DNA from: Limnohabitans sp.
GTDB lineage: Bacteria; Pseudomonadota; Gammaproteobacteria; Burkholderiales; Burkholderiaceae_C
Direction of reading: 5' to 3'
Assembly (NCBI GenBank): GCA_017986605.1
Contig: JAGNVG010000001.1
Location: forward strand, 3,115 to 56,857
Length of the DNA: 53,743 bases
Positions 1 to 8,777 of the stretch are shown here, piece by piece. Position numbers and translations under genes: made by a program. The number at the start of each line of letters is the position of its first letter. The first letter of the stretch is position 1. Under the pieces are notes generated by a model. The model made no database searches. It saw only the letters and a program-made list of their open reading frames with translations, and was not told the origin of the DNA.

Positions 1-1532
1 ACTTGTGCGCTGCTGAGGGTGCTGATTTGAGCGGTGGTCAGCGCTTTGACCTGGGTGGTGGTCAGGGCCTGCAGGTCGTCGCTGGCCATGTTGTTGAGCT
101 GATCGGAGGTCAGGGCGGCCACTTGGGTGGTGGTCAACGCCTTGACCTGATCGCTCGTCAGACCGATGATTTGTTCGGTGCTCAACTTGGAGACCAATGC
201 GGTTGACAGCTTGCTCAGCTGTGCCGTGGTCAGTGCGGCAATTTCGGTTGTTTCTATCGCGACCAACTGGTCGCTGCCCAAAGCGTTGAGGGCATCGGTG
301 GAAATGGCCTTGATTTGTGTGCTGGACAGTGCTGCGATCGCATCGGTTGCGAGTTTGCCAGCCTGAGTGGCAGTCAAAGCGCCCACTTGCTGTGTCTGCA
401 GGAGTTGAATCTGGTCGCTGCTGAGGTTGCTGATCTGCGAGCTGGTGAGCGCTTTGACCTGTGTGGTGGTCAGAGCCTGCAGATCATCGCTGGCCAGTTT
501 GTTGATTTGTTCTGTTGTCAAGGCGACCACTTGCGAGGTCGTCAAAGCTTGCGCTTGTGCTGTACTCAATGTGTTGAGTTGATCGGTGCTCAAGCTGTTG
601 ATTTGATCGGAGGTCAAGGCCCTGATTTGCGCGGTGCTGAGTGCCTGCAGGTCATTGCTGGCCATGTTGTTCAGTTGATCGCTCGACAAGGCGGCTATTT
701 GGGCCGTTGACAGTGTCCTGATTTGTTCTGTGCTGAGCGCAACGATTTGGTCTGTGCTGAGTTTGCCCAGTTGTTGGCCAGATATTTTGCTGATCTGCGC
801 GGTGGTCAGTGCCGTCATGTTTTCGGTTTCAAAGACGGCCAGTTGGTCGGTGGTCAAGGCATTCAGTGCGACCGATGACAAGGCTTTGGCTTGTCCTGTG
901 GTCAAGGCCACCACTGCATCAGTTGACAATCCTGCGACTTGCAGATTGCTCAGGGCGGCCACATCGGTGGTTTCCAAGGTCGCCATTTGCAATGAGCTGA
1001 GGCTGTTGAGTTGTTCGGTGGTCAGGACCCGGATTTGCAATGTGGTCAGTGCTTTGAGGCTGCCTGTGGACAGACTAGCAAATTGCTCGGTATTGAGTCC
1101 TACCAGTTGACCCGTCGTCAAAGCTTGCACCTGCTGTGTGCTCAAGCCTGCAATGACGTCGGTTTTAAAGCTGTTGAGCTGTAAAGTACTCAGGCTGGCA
1201 ATGTCTTTCGTGTCGAAAAACTCCAAGTGCGAGGTGGTGAAGGTGCTCAGTTGCAAAGTGCTCAGACCTTGCACTTGCGGCGCCGTTAAAAGGGAGCTTT
1301 TGTTTCCATAGACCAGCAGGCCGTCAGAAAAGTTGCTGCTGTCGAATGCGCTGATTTGTCCGCTCGTCAACACCAGCATGTCACGCGATTCAATGGCCCC
1401 AATTTGCGCGCTGCTCAGAGCCGCAATTTGGGCAGTCGATAGCAACTTGACGTCGGCAGTGGACAGATCTCGGATCTGGTTGGTGGTCAGATTCTGGATC
1501 TGGGTGGGTGAAATCGAGCTGATCAACGACAT
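1..1532 (-). CDS. Large Ser/Thr/Gln-rich octapeptide (LTTxQ-type) repeat protein, 3'-truncated by the window edge
   Basis: Manual translation from ATG at 1532 (AAGGA RBS upstream): MSLISSISPTQIQNLTTNQIRDLSTADVKLLSTAQIAALSSAQ...QALTTTQVKALTTAQISTLSSAQ. Open for 510 codons to position 1; absent from the ORF track. Confidence 0.93.
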   Translation of the reverse strand, partial: MSLISSISPTQIQNLTTNQIRDLSTADVKLLSTAQIAALSSAQIGAIESRDMLVLTSGQISAFDSSNFSDGLLVYGNKSSLLTAPQVQGLSTLQLSTFTTSHLEFFDTKDIASLSTLQLNSFKTDVIAGLSTQQVQALTTGQLVGLNTEQFASLSTGSLKALTTLQIRVLTTEQLNSLSSLQMATLETTDVAALSNLQVAGLSTDAVVALTTGQAKALSSVALNALTTDQLAVFETENMTALTTAQISKISGQQLGKLSTDQIVALSTEQIRTLSTAQIAALSSDQLNNMASNDLQALSTAQIRALTSDQINSLSTDQLNTLSTAQAQALTTSQVVALTTEQINKLASDDLQALTTTQVKALTSSQISNLSSDQIQLLQTQQVGALTATQAGKLATDAIAALSSTQIKAISTDALNALGSDQLVAIETTEIAALTTAQLSKLSTALVSKLSTEQIIGLTSDQVKALTTTQVAALTSDQLNNMASDDLQALTTTQVKALTTAQISTLSSAQ

Positions 1533-1632
1533 GACGGTTCCTTTTTTGTACTGGCTCGATACCGAGCAAATACCACGATGACTGTTTCAAACCTGTGCTT
1601 TTTCTTTTTAGAAAAAACTTGGTGACCTCTGT

Positions 1633-1659
1633 GAATCGGTTCGGGATTCCATTACTTGA
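1633..1659 (-). promoter_or_regulatory. sigma28 (FliA)-type promoter of the repeat-protein gene
   Basis: Minus strand TCAAG-taatggaatcccga(14)-ACCGATTC; same spacing as the boxes before flgM, fliD, flaG and fliS. Confidence 0.75.
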
Positions 1660-1770
1660 GGTGTTTTGCCGTTTTTGTGATGGGCCCTGATGTGGCGGCA
1701 GAAGTTGGCCGCATAGACGGTTGATTGCCGTTTTCAGCTGTTTTTTTGCACGCAATCCTTGTTTTGCATT

Positions 1771-1786
1771 AGGTACACTTTTTGCT
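1771..1786 (+). promoter_or_regulatory. Possible sigma54 -24/-12 promoter of the OGT gene
   Basis: AGGTAC-ACTTT-TTGCT (GG-N10-GC); imperfect -24 element. Confidence 0.45.
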
Positions 1787-1871
1787 TTAACCCGTTGGAT
1801 TGACATGCGTCGGCTGTTTGAGGGCAACAGAGTCTTCGAATTCACTGACAAAATTTATAAGGTTTGGATTC

Positions 1872-4577
1872 ATGAACGCAGGAATTGACACGGCCGGTCT
1901 GGCCACTCCCCAGGACGCTCCGACATCGGAAGCTGCGGATCTGATTGCGGCGATGAGTCAGGGCAGGATGACCCAGTTGGACCTGATGGGGCATATCCAA
2001 CACTTGGAAAGCCTGGGCGAGCTGCGGGCGGCGGCCAATCTGTATGCGCTTTGGATCAACCATGCCAATGCCAAAGACAAGCACTTTGCCTTGTTCAATT
2101 ACGGCGGCATGCTGCAAAACCTGCAGCGCCCGCAAGAAGCCCTCGCTGCGTATGCGGCCTGCATTGCGCTGAAGGAGGACTTTCCTCAGGCCTATATCAA
2201 TAAGGGGTTGTTGTTTGAAAAGTTGGGCCAAGATGCCCATGCCCTGCAAACATGGTTGAGTTTGGTCAGCCGGCGCTATATGGCCAAACCGCCCACAGAC
2301 GAATTTTTGACCATGGCCCTCAATCACATGGGGCGTTTGCAGGAAAAACTCAAGAATTACGCGCAGGCCGAACAGGCACTGGAAGAAAGCTTGAGCATCA
2401 ATCCGGCGCAGCCCGGCGTTATTCAGCATTGGATGCACATTCGGCAAAAAGCTTGCCAATGGCCGATTTACAAAAGCTTGCCAGGCATTAGCCTGTCTGA
2501 GATGAAACGGTACACCTCACCGTTGGCGATGCTGGCGTTGACGGAAGATCCGGCCGAACAACTGCTCAACTCGCAGTCGTTTGTGGCGCGGACTTATTCC
2601 TTCCGTGAGGAGCGCTTGTCAGAAGGTCGTACTTACCAACACCAGCGCTTGCGAGTGGGCTATGTCTCTGGGGATTTCCGTGAGCACGCTGTGGGCTTTT
2701 TATTGCCTTCTATGCTGGATGGCCATGGTCAGTCCTATGAATTGTTTGCTTATGACTACACACCCGAAGAGCGCACACCTTTGCGCGAGCACCTGAAAGG
2801 GCAATTCGACCATTTCAGATCCATCAAGGATTTATCGGATCGACAGGCCGCCGAGCTCGTCTTGAGCGATGAAATTGACATCCTGATCGATTTGCATGGC
2901 CTGAGTTCAGGGGCGAGACCGGGCATTTTTGCTTTACACCCGGCCCCCAAGCAAGGCACCTATTTGGGTTTCATGGGCCCTACAGGCATGCCGTGGTTCG
3001 ATTTTGTGATCGCAGATCGACAAGTCTTGCCTGATGAGCTGGCCGTCTATTTCACCGAGAAGCCGCTCCATGTGGAGGGCAGTTATTTGCCCATGGTCTC
3101 TTATGCCGACCATGCGCCCGTGGTCACGCGTGAACAGTTGGGTTTGTCCTCTGAGGCTTTTGTGATGGGTGCCTTCGGCAACACTTACAAAATCACCCCG
3201 GAAATGTTCGCAACCTGGATGCGGCTCTTGAAGCGCATTCCCGATGCATTGCTGTGGCTGGTGGATGACAATGAGTCCAGCACCCAAAACCTCAAGGCCC
3301 AGGCCTTGGCGCATGGGGTGTCCTCTGACCGTCTGGTGTTTTCTTCCCGCACAGCGCACCCTGAGTTTTGTGCTCGCCTGAAGTTGGCTGATGTTTACTT
3401 GGACACCTACCCCTACAACTGTGGCTCGACCAGCAACGATGTGATCCATGCCGGGGTGCCGCTGGTGACTTTGTATGGCAAAACCATGGTTTCCCGGATG
3501 GGTTTGAGTTTGTTGTCTGCCTTGAATTCAGCCAGCAATGCCACGCGCAGTTATGCCGAATACGAAGACAAGGTGTTGGAGCTGTCGATTAAAAAGAAGG
3601 CGGGGAAATTGCCTGTGGCACTGCCGCGTGGTGAGCCTCTGCGCATTGGTCAGGCACTGGCCAACTGGAGTCAAGCGTCTGGCAGTGTTGATAGCGTCCC
3701 AGTGCCTGAGGTCACCATTCGTCCACGTGTGCAGTTGTTCCAGATTTGTTACACCGAAGAAACGCTGCAAAACGTTCCTGCCGATTTTGGTGTGCTCGAT
3801 AATTTAGCCAATGAGCGACCTGATTGGCGTGAGTTCTGGCCCATGCGCAATTACCTCATGAACCATGCGCTCGAGGACGATGTGTTTTATGGGTTCTTTT
3901 CCCCTCGCTTTTCCTACAAAACTGCGCTTGATTTCGAGAAAATAAGCGAGTTTGCCCTTCAGTACGGGTCAGACAACGATGTTTTGATTTTCAGTCCGTT
4001 CTGGGACCTCAACAGCTTTTTCTTGAATTCATTCGAGCAAGGTGAATTTTTCCACCCTGGCTTGATGGCTTGTTCGCAGCAGTTCATGCAGGCTGTGGGT
4101 CAGGATTTGCGTTTGTCAGAGTTGGTCATGCACGGTGAAAACACCGCATTTTGTAATTACTTCATTGCCAAAAAGAAATTTTGGCTGCATTGGCTGGAGT
4201 TGGGTGAAAAGCTCTTCCAAAGCGCTGAAGCCAAGGGGACGGTACTGGCCAATGCACTCAACCAAAGCACGATTTACAGTCACGATTTATTGCCACAAAA
4301 AATATTTGTTCAAGAGCGCTTGGTCAATATGCTGTTGGCGGGACCCCAATTCAAGTCGAAGTCTTGGAGCATGTTTGGGTTGCCTTGCTCCGTCACGCCA
4401 TTGAGCCAGTACCAATCGCAGGCTGCGGTGGCCAATGCATTGAAAATGGCTTATGCCAGGACGGGCGATAACTTGTACCTCAACGAATTCCACCAGTTGC
4501 GAGACAAGGTCTGGAAAGACAGTGGCATTGGCGAGCTGGCCAAGGCCCGAGATCGGGTTTTGCGTGGTGAAGCCTAA
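1872..4577 (+). CDS. TPR + GT41 (SPINDLY/O-GlcNAc transferase-like) glycosyltransferase with an extra C-terminal domain
   Basis: TPR helices; RLRVGYVSGDFREHAVG, DEIDILIDLHG and DVYLDTYPYNCGST motifs. Start placed at ATG 1872 (MNAGID). Confidence 0.9.
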   Translation: MNAGIDTAGLATPQDAPTSEAADLIAAMSQGRMTQLDLMGHIQHLESLGELRAAANLYALWINHANAKDKHFALFNYGGMLQNLQRPQEALAAYAACIALKEDFPQAYINKGLLFEKLGQDAHALQTWLSLVSRRYMAKPPTDEFLTMALNHMGRLQEKLKNYAQAEQALEESLSINPAQPGVIQHWMHIRQKACQWPIYKSLPGISLSEMKRYTSPLAMLALTEDPAEQLLNSQSFVARTYSFREERLSEGRTYQHQRLRVGYVSGDFREHAVGFLLPSMLDGHGQSYELFAYDYTPEERTPLREHLKGQFDHFRSIKDLSDRQAAELVLSDEIDILIDLHGLSSGARPGIFALHPAPKQGTYLGFMGPTGMPWFDFVIADRQVLPDELAVYFTEKPLHVEGSYLPMVSYADHAPVVTREQLGLSSEAFVMGAFGNTYKITPEMFATWMRLLKRIPDALLWLVDDNESSTQNLKAQALAHGVSSDRLVFSSRTAHPEFCARLKLADVYLDTYPYNCGSTSNDVIHAGVPLVTLYGKTMVSRMGLSLLSALNSASNATRSYAEYEDKVLELSIKKKAGKLPVALPRGEPLRIGQALANWSQASGSVDSVPVPEVTIRPRVQLFQICYTEETLQNVPADFGVLDNLANERPDWREFWPMRNYLMNHALEDDVFYGFFSPRFSYKTALDFEKISEFALQYGSDNDVLIFSPFWDLNSFFLNSFEQGEFFHPGLMACSQQFMQAVGQDLRLSELVMHGENTAFCNYFIAKKKFWLHWLELGEKLFQSAEAKGTVLANALNQSTIYSHDLLPQKIFVQERLVNMLLAGPQFKSKSWSMFGLPCSVTPLSQYQSQAAVANALKMAYARTGDNLYLNEFHQLRDKVWKDSGIGELAKARDRVLRGEA

Positions 4578-4621
4578 TTTTCAAATTGAAAATTGATTAA
4601 AAATATCTGAGAGGTAATGAG

Positions 4622-5359
4622 ATGATGAATTTGAGTTTTGAAGAGATTCACAAAGCCAAAACGGGTAAAGTGAGTGACAAATGGGAGTCGTACCTTCGTC
4701 ACTATGACAGTTTGTTCGCCATGTATCGTGATCAAAATATTTCACTTTTGGAAATCGGGATACAAAATGGTGGATCGTTGGATACTTATTGCGAATATTT
4801 TAAGAATGCCCAAATATTGATTGGATGTGATATCAATGTTAATTGCAGCAAACTGTATTATGAAGACGATAAAGTGAAGGTGGTGGTGGGTGATGCGAAC
4901 TCAGATGCCACGTTCAGAGAAATCGCGAACCTTCAAAAGGTGTTTGATATCGTGATTGACGATGGGTCGCATGTTTCCATGGATATCATCAACTCATTCA
5001 TTCGGTATTTTCCTCTGGTTTCACCTGGTGGTGTTTATGTCATTGAGGATACTCACACCCTGTACAGCCCAAATTTTGGGGGTGGTCTTTTGAATGAGTT
5101 CTCTGCCTACAACTTCTTCAAAAAACTCATCGATATCATCAATTTCCAATGGTGGCGTGATCATTTCAAGATGGAAGATTATCTGTCTACTTTCTTTTTG
5201 CGTGGGATTCCTGAGTTTATTCAGCAAGGTTGGGTCGAATCGATCGAATTCAAAAACTCGGTGATCACGGTGAAGAAGTCCACGCAACCAGGGCATGACA
5301 AATTGGGCCCCAGGATCATCCGAGGCACGCAGGCGTTGGTGGTGGATTTGCCAAGGTAA
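4622..5359 (+). CDS. Class I SAM-dependent methyltransferase (sugar O-methyltransferase-like)
   Basis: LLEIGIQNGGSL, DIVIDDGSH and GGVYVIED motifs; visibly AT-rich. Confidence 0.85.
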   Translation: MMNLSFEEIHKAKTGKVSDKWESYLRHYDSLFAMYRDQNISLLEIGIQNGGSLDTYCEYFKNAQILIGCDINVNCSKLYYEDDKVKVVVGDANSDATFREIANLQKVFDIVIDDGSHVSMDIINSFIRYFPLVSPGGVYVIEDTHTLYSPNFGGGLLNEFSAYNFFKKLIDIINFQWWRDHFKMEDYLSTFFLRGIPEFIQQGWVESIEFKNSVITVKKSTQPGHDKLGPRIIRGTQALVVDLPR

Positions 5360-5403
5360 GTTTCATGCATGGATGGCTGTGCGTGAGTCGTGCAATATCA
5401 ATT

Positions 5404-5440
5404 GGCGGTTTTTTGACGATCACTTGGCCTGCAAATTGCT
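5404..5440 (+). promoter_or_regulatory. sigma54 promoter of fliB with an adjacent FleQ-box-like site
   Basis: TGGCCT-GCAAA-TTGCT at 5425-5440; GGCGGTTTTTTGAC at 5404-5417. Confidence 0.6.
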
Positions 5441-5471
5441 TCCAACTCCTCATTGACTCCAGAGGTAGACC

Positions 5472-6710
5472 ATGAGCACTATTCACCTGACCAAGACCGT
5501 CCAATCGGTTCAGCCCCGTTATGTCGGTCGTTTTTCATGCACCGGCTCAGCCTGCGAGGACAGCTGCTGTTCGGGCTGGACGGTACACATCGATAAAAAA
5601 ACCTTCAATGCCTATCGGCAAGCCAAGCAGCCATTGCTCATGGAGCGTATGTCCACGCAGGTCAAAAGGATCAGGAGCTTGGCCAGTGAGACGAAGTACG
5701 CCCGCATTGAGATGCAGCCTGAAACCCTGGATTGTCCTTTTCTGGAAGAAAAGCTGTGCAGCGTGCAGCGTGAGTTGGGTGAAGACAAGTTGTCAGATAC
5801 CTGTGCCACTTATCCCCGTAAGAGCCGTGTATTGGGGGGGCAGCACCAGCAAGCTTTGACATTGTCCTGTCCAGAGGCTGCCAGATTGGCGCTTTTGGCT
5901 CCGGATGCTTTGGATTTTGTGGAAGTCTCAGGCAAGGTGCGTGTTGAATCCGTTGTTCAAATCCGCAGCAAGCAAGGCTTAACGCCAGAAACCATGGAGT
6001 CGGTCAGCCTTTTTTGCTTGAAACTGATGAAGGCCGACAGTTTGTCACTGTGGCAAAAATTGGCTGCGCTGGGGGTGTTCACCGAACAATTGACAGCGAT
6101 CCTGAAGCAGGGCGGTCACGCTGGCGTTTCGGCGTTGCTGAAAGACTTCGACACCATCGTTTCGTCTGGCGCCATCGTCGATGCCCTGTCGGCCATGTTG
6201 CCGGACTACGTGATTCAGGCCACCACCTTCTCCGGCTTGTGGCAACTGAAAAAAGGTCGAAGAAACTCAACGGTTCAAGCGTCAGTTCAGACCCTGGTGG
6301 CCAGAGGTTTGGGCGCAGACCCTGTGACAAATCTGGTGACGCAGCAGCAACTGATTGACAACTACAGAGCCGGTGTACAGCGCTTGCCAGAGGCATTAAA
6401 TGACGCCCCGTTCATGTTGGAAAACTTTCTCTTGAATGAAATGTTCAGCGAAGGATTTCCATTTTCCGAGGCCAGCCCTTACGATCATTTCCTGAAGCTG
6501 GTGACGCAATTTGGCTTGCTTCGCTTCATGTTGGCGGTCCAATGCAATGAGCCCGAGCGTCTTCCCGACCTCGAGCAAATGGTTCGCACCGTTCAGGTGT
6601 TCAGCCGGAAATACCAACACGACGCAGACTTTGCCAAGCGCGTGAATGGCGCCTTGAAGAATGCCGGTTGGGATTCATTGGACAAAATCTATCGGTTTCT
6701 GAGGACCTGA
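5472..6710 (+). CDS. fliB: Flagellin lysine-N-methylase
   Basis: FSCTGSACEDSCCSGW, CPFL...LCSVQ, CATYPR and LSCPEAARL Cys motifs; adjacent to the flagellins. Confidence 0.9.
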   Translation: MSTIHLTKTVQSVQPRYVGRFSCTGSACEDSCCSGWTVHIDKKTFNAYRQAKQPLLMERMSTQVKRIRSLASETKYARIEMQPETLDCPFLEEKLCSVQRELGEDKLSDTCATYPRKSRVLGGQHQQALTLSCPEAARLALLAPDALDFVEVSGKVRVESVVQIRSKQGLTPETMESVSLFCLKLMKADSLSLWQKLAALGVFTEQLTAILKQGGHAGVSALLKDFDTIVSSGAIVDALSAMLPDYVIQATTFSGLWQLKKGRRNSTVQASVQTLVARGLGADPVTNLVTQQQLIDNYRAGVQRLPEALNDAPFMLENFLLNEMFSEGFPFSEASPYDHFLKLVTQFGLLRFMLAVQCNEPERLPDLEQMVRTVQVFSRKYQHDADFAKRVNGALKNAGWDSLDKIYRFLRT

Positions 6711-6748
6711 TGGCTCAGAAAAAACGGCTGGTGCCCATGCAACGACAC

Positions 6749-6773
6749 CACGCCGAAAGGGCATTTCGGCGTG
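6749..6773. terminator. Hairpin between convergent fliB and flagellin 2
   Basis: CACGCCGAAA-gggca-TTTCGGCGTG inverted repeat. Confidence 0.5.
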
Positions 6774-6774
6774 T

Positions 6775-7611
6775 TCAGCTGAGCAAGGCCAGCACGTAAT
6801 AAGGCTGTTGGTTGGCCTGCGACAACATCGCTGTTCCCGCTTCGTTCAAAATCATGCTTCGAGCCAACTCTGCGGTGGCTTGGGCGTAATCGGTGTCCAT
6901 GATCCGGCTGCGCGAGGCACTGGTGTGCATTGACACATTGCTGGCATTGTCGGCTGCGTAGGTGAGGCGGCTCATCATGGCACCCCATTGACTGCGCTCG
7001 CTATCGATCTGCACCATGGCCTTGTCGATCAGGTCAATGGATGCCGTGGCTTTGCTTCGTGTATCAATGGCCGCTGAATTGCCCAATGCAGCTGCTACGT
7101 CGTTGCTGTTCAGTTCCGCTAGGGGCAGGGCGATGGAGTCGCTGCTGCTGGCACCCACATGAAACTTCACCACGCCCGCCGTTCCAGCTTCACCTTTGAG
7201 AAGCTTCATGCCGTTCCAGCTGGTGTTGGTCACTGTATTGGCCGCTTGTTCCTGGAGCTGTAAAAACTCTGCTTGCAGTGCATCACGTTCGTCTTGTCCG
7301 TTGGTGTCGTTGGCGGATTGAATGGCCAATTCGCGCATGCGAATCAACATGTCGGTCATCTCGCTGGTTGCACCATCGGCTGTTTGCAGCATCGAAATAC
7401 CATCGTTGGCATTGCGCACAGCCATGTCCAGACTGCGAATTTGAGCCGTCATCTTGTTGCCAATAGCCAGACCCGCCGCATCGTCGGAGACAGAGTTGAT
7501 GCGCTGGCCTGTCGCCAGTTGAGCCATTGACTTGTCCATGGACCGCTGATTGACGACCAGCGCTTGCTGGACGGCAAGGGACTTGACGTTGGTGTTGACA
7601 AAGGCGCTCAT
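6775..7611 (-). CDS. fliC: Flagellin 2 (278 aa)
   Basis: RINSVSDDAAGLAI and SRSRIMDTDYA flagellin termini. Confidence 0.93.
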   Translation of the reverse strand: MSAFVNTNVKSLAVQQALVVNQRSMDKSMAQLATGQRINSVSDDAAGLAIGNKMTAQIRSLDMAVRNANDGISMLQTADGATSEMTDMLIRMRELAIQSANDTNGQDERDALQAEFLQLQEQAANTVTNTSWNGMKLLKGEAGTAGVVKFHVGASSSDSIALPLAELNSNDVAAALGNSAAIDTRSKATASIDLIDKAMVQIDSERSQWGAMMSRLTYAADNASNVSMHTSASRSRIMDTDYAQATAELARSMILNEAGTAMLSQANQQPYYVLALLS

Positions 7612-7716
7612 GGGCAGGCTCCTGGTAAAGGCGGGGTGGCCTTGTGGCGCGTGGGATGAAGCTTATTTTTCATGGTGGCGTGAACACAAGGTGATCTTGC
7701 TTGAGTTGCAGCTTCA

Positions 7717-7747
7717 CGACAAAAAGCCCGAATGGGCTTTTTGGTCG
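7717..7747. terminator. Bidirectional intrinsic terminator downstream of flagellin 1
   Basis: AAAAAGCCC-gaat-GGGCTTTTT. Confidence 0.8.
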
Positions 7748-7768
7748 TTGGGCTCTGCAACGCGTCCA

Positions 7769-8617
7769 TTAACGCAGCAAAGACATCACAGACTGCGGCG
7801 CTTGGTTGGCTTGTGCCAACATGGCTGTCGCAGCTTGCGAGATGATTTGTGTGCGGGCCAATTCTGTTGTCGTCGCGGCGTAATCGGTGTCTTGAATTCG
7901 ACTGCGTGAGGCCGCGGTGTTTTGGGACACGTTCGCCAAGTTGTCAGCAGCGTAGTTCAAGCGGTTGATCGTTGCACCGTAGGTCGAGCGCTCGGCATCA
8001 ACCAATTTCAATGCGCCGTCGATGGAGTCAATGGCTTTGGTGGCATCGGCTTGGGTCTTGACATCCAGGGCATCGATTTTGAGCGACTTGCTGTCCATGC
8101 CTTGTGTGCCGAAATCAATCTCGATCGCTGCAGAAGAGCCAGTGTTGGCGCTGACGTGCAATTGAGCGACGCCTTTTGTGCCCACTTCGCTGTCTGCGGT
8201 GGCTTTGAACACTTGCATGCCGTTCCACTGCGTGTTGTCAGCGATGCGTGTGATTTCAGATGACAGCGCGTCGACTTCGGACTGCAAAGCCGTACGGTCG
8301 TCGGTTGTGTTGGTGTCGGTGGCAGCCTGCACAGACAATTCACGCATGCGTTGCAGCATGTTGGTGATTTCTTTGGTGGCACCGTCGGCTGTCTGAATCA
8401 ACGAAATACCGTCGTTGGCGTTGCGAACCGCTTGATCGAGGCCGCGAACCTGGGCCGTCATTTTGTTGCTGATGGCCAGGCCTGCAGCGTCGTCGGCAGC
8501 GCCGTTGATGCGGCTGCCGGTGGACAGACGCTCCATGGCTTTGTTCAGGTTGCGGTTGTTCACGGTCAAAGCGTTTTGGGCGATGGTGGACTTGATGTTG
8601 GTGTTGATAACGGACAT
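7769..8617 (-). CDS. fliC: Flagellin 1 (282 aa, probable major flagellin)
   Basis: MSVINTNI...RINGAADDAAGLAI...SRIQDTDYA...QSVMSLLR; strong AAGGAG RBS. Confidence 0.97.
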   Translation of the reverse strand: MSVINTNIKSTIAQNALTVNNRNLNKAMERLSTGSRINGAADDAAGLAISNKMTAQVRGLDQAVRNANDGISLIQTADGATKEITNMLQRMRELSVQAATDTNTTDDRTALQSEVDALSSEITRIADNTQWNGMQVFKATADSEVGTKGVAQLHVSANTGSSAAIEIDFGTQGMDSKSLKIDALDVKTQADATKAIDSIDGALKLVDAERSTYGATINRLNYAADNLANVSQNTAASRSRIQDTDYAATTTELARTQIISQAATAMLAQANQAPQSVMSLLR

Positions 8618-8724
8618 GGTCTTACTCCTTGGCGAGATTTATTTCAAAAGGTTGGCAGGAACCCGAATGGAGTAGGACCTGCCTGTTTTCACAGAAAATC
8701 TGATTTGAATCTCTGTTACTGAAT

Positions 8725-8751
8725 GATTCGGAAGTTGTCGAAAAAGCTTTA
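8725..8751 (-). promoter_or_regulatory. sigma28 promoter of fliC1
   Basis: TAAAG-N14-TCCGAATC. Confidence 0.75.
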
Positions 8752-8777
8752 GGGCTTGATGCGTTTTTTTTAGGTCT

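Noticed and set aside
1-1532. CRISPR array or InaZ-type ice-nucleation protein
   Set aside because: The 24-nt periodicity is degenerate coding sequence with no repeat-spacer structure. The octad differs from the InaZ AGYGSTxT consensus.
3-1581. Several plus-strand ORFs (63-131 aa)
   Set aside because: Antisense shadows of the repeat gene; their periodicity mirrors the minus-strand octads.
1390-1851. 153-aa minus-strand ORF
   Set aside because: Spans the divergent promoter region in a different frame from the repeat gene, with no recognisable motif.
5834-5840. G7 tract in fliB (and G8 in motA near 32637) as phase-variation sites
   Set aside because: Short, in-frame and explained by Gly/Pro codons; no evidence of slippage.
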